Positions 15,738 to 22,116 of a stretch of 22,116 nucleotides of DNA are shown piece by piece (within the stretch, counting starts at the first letter, position 1; every line of letters starts with the position of its first letter). Both the position numbers and the translations under genes were made by a program. Under the pieces are notes generated by a model. That model saw only the letters and a list, made by a program, of their open reading frames with translations. It was not told the DNA's origin and did not search any database. Source of the DNA: Candidatus Eiseniibacteriota bacterium (GTDB lineage Bacteria; Eisenbacteria; RBG-16-71-46; JABDJR01; JAWXBZ01); assembly GCA_034440375.1 (NCBI GenBank), contig JAWXBZ010000165.1, positions 1-22,116 on the forward strand, written 5' to 3'.

Positions 15738-16699
15738 GGCTTCTCCGAAGGTTGCCGGAGTAGTAAGTTGGAGAAAGTCGTCGTACTACCGCCTGATGGT
15801 AAGATCCGGCATCCCCCTTTACAGTCGGCCGAGCCCGGCCCGACTGCTTCGACCTGCAGGGTCACATGGTGGATGCCAAAGCGGTGGATCAGGTCCGTCG
15901 TCATGCTTCGGAGCAGTCGGTCCCTTTCAGTTCCGCTCGACACGACCAGATGTGCCGTCACGGCGATTTCGGTCGTACTCAATGGCCAGATGTGAAGATC
16001 GTGAACATTGGTGACTTCGGAATGATCGGCCAGGTATTTCCTCACCTGTTCCGCATCGATCGCGCTGGGTACCGCATCCAGAGACAGGTTCAGCGATTCC
16101 TTCAGCAGGCCCCAGGTGCCCGCGAGGATGACACCGGCAATCCCAAGGCTGACTGCCGGATCCAGCCAGGTCCAGCCGGTCGCCCCCATGGCGACAGCCG
16201 CGACGATCACGCCCAGCGAGACGCCGGCATCGGCCGCCATGTGGATGAACGCACCCTGAATATTGAGATCCTCCTTCCGACCCCGCAGAAAGAGCACGGC
16301 CGTCGAGGCATTGATGATGACGCCGACGGCGGCAACCCAGATCAGCACCCCGGTGGCGGGCAACCGGGGATCGCCAAAACGCCGGACCGCCTCGGCGACG
16401 ATGGCACCAACGGCGATCAACAACAGGACTGAATTGAGCAATGCGGCAACGATGGATGATCGCTTGAGACCGTACGTGCGACGGAGCGTCGCCTGCCGCT
16501 GACCCAGGACAACCGCGATCCAGGCGATCACCAGGCCGAGAACATCGCTCAGGTTGTGCCCGGCATCCGCCAGCAGAGCCAGCGAGTGTGCGGTGAATCC
16601 GGCCACGGTTTCGACGATGACAAAGCCGAGGTTGAGCGCGATACCGATGGAGAACGCACGGCCACGCGCCGGGAGTTCACCCCCATGCGCGTGGCTCAT
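15734..16699 (-). CDS. czcD: Cation diffusion facilitator (Zn/Co/Cd) transporter
   Basis: SLALLADAGHNLSD (TM2 HxxxD), RTYGLKR, DLNIQGAFIHMAAD (TM5 HxxxD), VHDLHIWPLS, FGIHHVTLQVE. Lies downstream of czcA. Confidence 0.92.
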   Translation of the reverse strand: MSHAHGGELPARGRAFSIGIALNLGFVIVETVAGFTAHSLALLADAGHNLSDVLGLVIAWIAVVLGQRQATLRRTYGLKRSSIVAALLNSVLLLIAVGAIVAEAVRRFGDPRLPATGVLIWVAAVGVIINASTAVLFLRGRKEDLNIQGAFIHMAADAGVSLGVIVAAVAMGATGWTWLDPAVSLGIAGVILAGTWGLLKESLNLSLDAVPSAIDAEQVRKYLADHSEVTNVHDLHIWPLSTTEIAVTAHLVVSSGTERDRLLRSMTTDLIHRFGIHHVTLQVEAVGPGSADCKGGCRILPSGGSTTTFSNLLLRQPSEKP

Positions 16700-16727
16700 G
16701 ACTTACCCAGCCGACTGATCTGAACCA

Positions 16728-19928
<3,201 letters not shown>

Positions 19929-19939
<11 letters not shown>

Positions 19940-21014
19940 GGCCGGCCTCCGACTTCAGCTTCTCCGATTTCAGCAGGAATGCCCCGCGCGTCACGTATTT
20001 CTGCCCTTCGGCAAGGCCGGATCGGATCTCGGTCCAATCCCCGTCGGTCACGCCGGCTAGCACCACCTGGGCGAGATAGACCCCGTCACTTTCCTCGACG
20101 AAGACCACCGTTTCGCCTTCCAGCGTCTGCAGGGCTTCGTCGCGGACGGCGATGGGAACGGCGGAACCCGGTACGAAAACGCGGGCGGTGACGAAGAGTC
20201 CCGGGCGCAGCGCGCCGTCCCGGTTGGGGAGCACGACACGAGCCAGCGCGGTTCGGGTCACCTCACCGACGATCGGTCCGATGTAGTTGATCTCGCCGCG
20301 CACCTCCGTGTCGAACCCGGTGACGCTCACCGCCACCTTCTGCCCGACGCGAATCGCCGACATGTCCCGTGGATAAACCGTCAGGTTGATCCAGACGCGG
20401 GAGAGATCCGCCACGACATAGATGTCGCTGTCGTCGGTGACGAATTCCCCGAGGGTGATGTGCTTCTCGATGACGACCCCGTCGGTCAACGAGGTGACTT
20501 CATACGTGGACAGGCTCTGATTGCTGTTGATGACGGCGAGAACATCGCCGGCGTGAACCCGGTCGCCGAGGCGCTTCCGCACCTCACTGGCCACGCCGGG
20601 AAATCGCGGGACGATGTGACTCAATCGATCCGCATCCAGAACCACCTCACCGGGCAGTTCCAGCGGTCGGCCGATCAATGCCGATTGGGTCATTTCCAGC
20701 GTAATGCCGGCCCGGCGTCGTTGCTCCACTGTCAGGCGAACAGCTTCATCTTCGGCGTGCCCGGCGTGTCCCTCTCCCTCGTGCTCGGCGTGCCCCTCTC
20801 CCTTGTGCTCGGCGTGTCCTTCCTCTTCGTGCCCGGCGTGTCCCTCTCCCTCGTGATCGGCGTGTTCCATCGCGCCCTCTTTTCCACCCGATTTCGGTGG
20901 AGTCTTTCCCGAGGAGCCACATCCGGAAAGCATCAACATCAATGAGAGTGCCAGGAATCCGGTGCCGGCAACCAGGAGCCCGCCGGGCGTTCGTGTTGTC
21001 CCGAATCGAATCAT
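19929..21014 (-). CDS. czcB: CzcB-like RND periplasmic adaptor, lipoprotein with a His/Glu repeat
   Basis: Start reassigned to ATG 21014 (ATGA overlap with the czcC stop). Lipobox MLSGC. IVPRFPGV, VADLSRVW, TRTALARVVLPN...LRPGLFV, GLAEGQKYV. Ends GHDH. Confidence 0.9.
20757..20864 (-). repeat. 4.5 x 24-bp in-frame tandem repeat encoding (HAxHxxEG)n
   Basis: Plus-strand units gtgcccggcgtgtccctctccctc / gtgctcggcgtgcccctctccctt / gtgctcggcgtgtccttcctcttc / gtgcccggcgtgtccctctccctc / gtgatcggcgtg. Confidence 0.9.
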
Positions 21015-22116
21015 CGTGAACCCTCCCAGATGGCCGGCAGTGACCGGCCAATCGTCCATTCCAGTTCGGCGCGCAGCGAATAGAGTCGCGCGAGCCAGTC
21101 AATTTCAGAAAGGCGGGACTCCGCCAGCAATCGACGGGCCTCCAGTAGATCGAGATAGGTCAATCGCCCCTGGCGATAGGCGGTCTCCACTTCGTCGTAG
21201 GAAACCTGCGCGGACGGCAGGACGTCGCGACGAAGCCCCCTGATTGCGCCCTGCGCGACGGCCAGGTGGCCGAGCGTTTGTTCCAACCCATTGGACAATT
21301 CGTTGGCGGCGGCCTGTTCCGCCAGGTTCGCCTGCTCGACCAGGATGTCGGCCGCGGCAATGTTTCCCTGGTTGCGATCCGAAAAGGGGAGACCCATGGA
21401 GAGGCCCACGAGGAAGGTGCCATCGTCCGCGCCATCCAGCAGGCGGAATCCGGCGCCCAGGCTCAGATCCTGGCTGGAGTGGCTCTTCTGCAGGACGACT
21501 CCCGCCCGGGCGCGCTGGGAATCCGCGCGGTACTTTAGAATCAGCGGGTGACTGGCCAGCATCGAGTCCAGGTCCGCGACAACTGGAATCGTTCGCAGCG
21601 TGTCCATCGTCCCGGCAAAGAGTCCGAAGTCGGGGACCATGGCCCCCCACAGGCGGGCCAGGCTCTGGCGGGCGAGATCGAGGTCCTGAATCGCGGCGGC
21701 GTACTCGATGGCTGCGAGGTTTCGAGTGACCCGGCTGCGAGTGGCTTCGGCCTTGAGGACCGCGCCCAGCGCCACCTTCTGCTCGGCGGATTCGACGACT
21801 TCCTCCGCAAGGGACAACATCGCCCGACGGAGCGCCCGTCGATCCTGCGCCGCAAGACCGGCCGCGAACGCATGGGCTACGTCCCGCGCCAGTTGAAGTT
21901 CAAATTCCCGCCGCTCCGCCACGGCCACCGGGCCGCCGGCACGGGCCAGCCGGCGTCGGGCGTTGCGTTTGCCGCCTCTTTCGAACTGCTGGCTAAGGAA
22001 GATCGTTGATTCGCTGCTGTTGAAACCGGGAAGGGAGCCGGAAAAGTTCTCCAGCTCCAGGTCCAGCTCGGGATTTGGCCGGCGACCAGCCTGCCGTTGC
22101 AGCGCCTCGACGGCTA
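21011..22116 (-). CDS. czcC: CzcC/TolC-family outer-membrane efflux protein, 5' end beyond the window
   Basis: The frame is open to the window edge: QAGRRPNPELDLELENF...SQQFERGGKRNARR, LSMGLPFSDRNQGNI, AYRQGRLTYLDLLEARR. Confidence 0.9.
   Translation of the reverse strand, partial: AVEALQRQAGRRPNPELDLELENFSGSLPGFNSSESTIFLSQQFERGGKRNARRRLARAGGPVAVAERREFELQLARDVAHAFAAGLAAQDRRALRRAMLSLAEEVVESAEQKVALGAVLKAEATRSRVTRNLAAIEYAAAIQDLDLARQSLARLWGAMVPDFGLFAGTMDTLRTIPVVADLDSMLASHPLILKYRADSQRARAGVVLQKSHSSQDLSLGAGFRLLDGADDGTFLVGLSMGLPFSDRNQGNIAAADILVEQANLAEQAAANELSNGLEQTLGHLAVAQGAIRGLRRDVLPSAQVSYDEVETAYRQGRLTYLDLLEARRLLAESRLSEIDWLARLYSLRAELEWTIGRSLPAIWEGSR

Noticed and set aside
20757-20864. Regular 24-bp repeats as a possible CRISPR array
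   Set aside because: The units are contiguous with no unique spacers, are in frame within czcB, and no cas genes are present.

Overview
High-GC bacterial DNA from an organism with an outer membrane. It has TolC-type channels and a secreted protein ending in a FlgD-Ig/T9SS-like domain, a style seen in FCB-associated candidate phyla (the taxonomy is inference). The window holds two heavy-metal homeostasis clusters separated by about 5 kb of unrelated genes. Left cluster, minus strand: a CnrT-like EamA/DMT transporter with a 26-His tail, then csoR-copZ-copA behind a clear CsoR-type operator that overlaps a TATACT -10 box. Left cluster, plus strand: a 137-aa His-rich leader ORF with a signal peptide and a C-terminal RAPP, a structured spacer, then an OMF-MFP-HME-RND efflux operon. 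Middle: a GT-C glycosyltransferase, a tandem-CARDB-like lipoprotein, and a head-to-head junction at about 14168 where two 5'-truncated genes meet (a FlgD-Ig secreted protein and an AAA_14/DUF4143 ATPase). Right cluster, minus strand: czcC (partial), czcB with a 24-bp His-repeat, czcA with a 1-nt frameshift at about 17548, czcD and a RidA-family gene. The most promising observation is the putative metal-sensing ribosome-arrest (RAPP) leader peptide, together with SD-sequestering RNA structure, upstream of a heavy-metal RND pump. All family calls come from recognising motifs by eye; no database searches were run.
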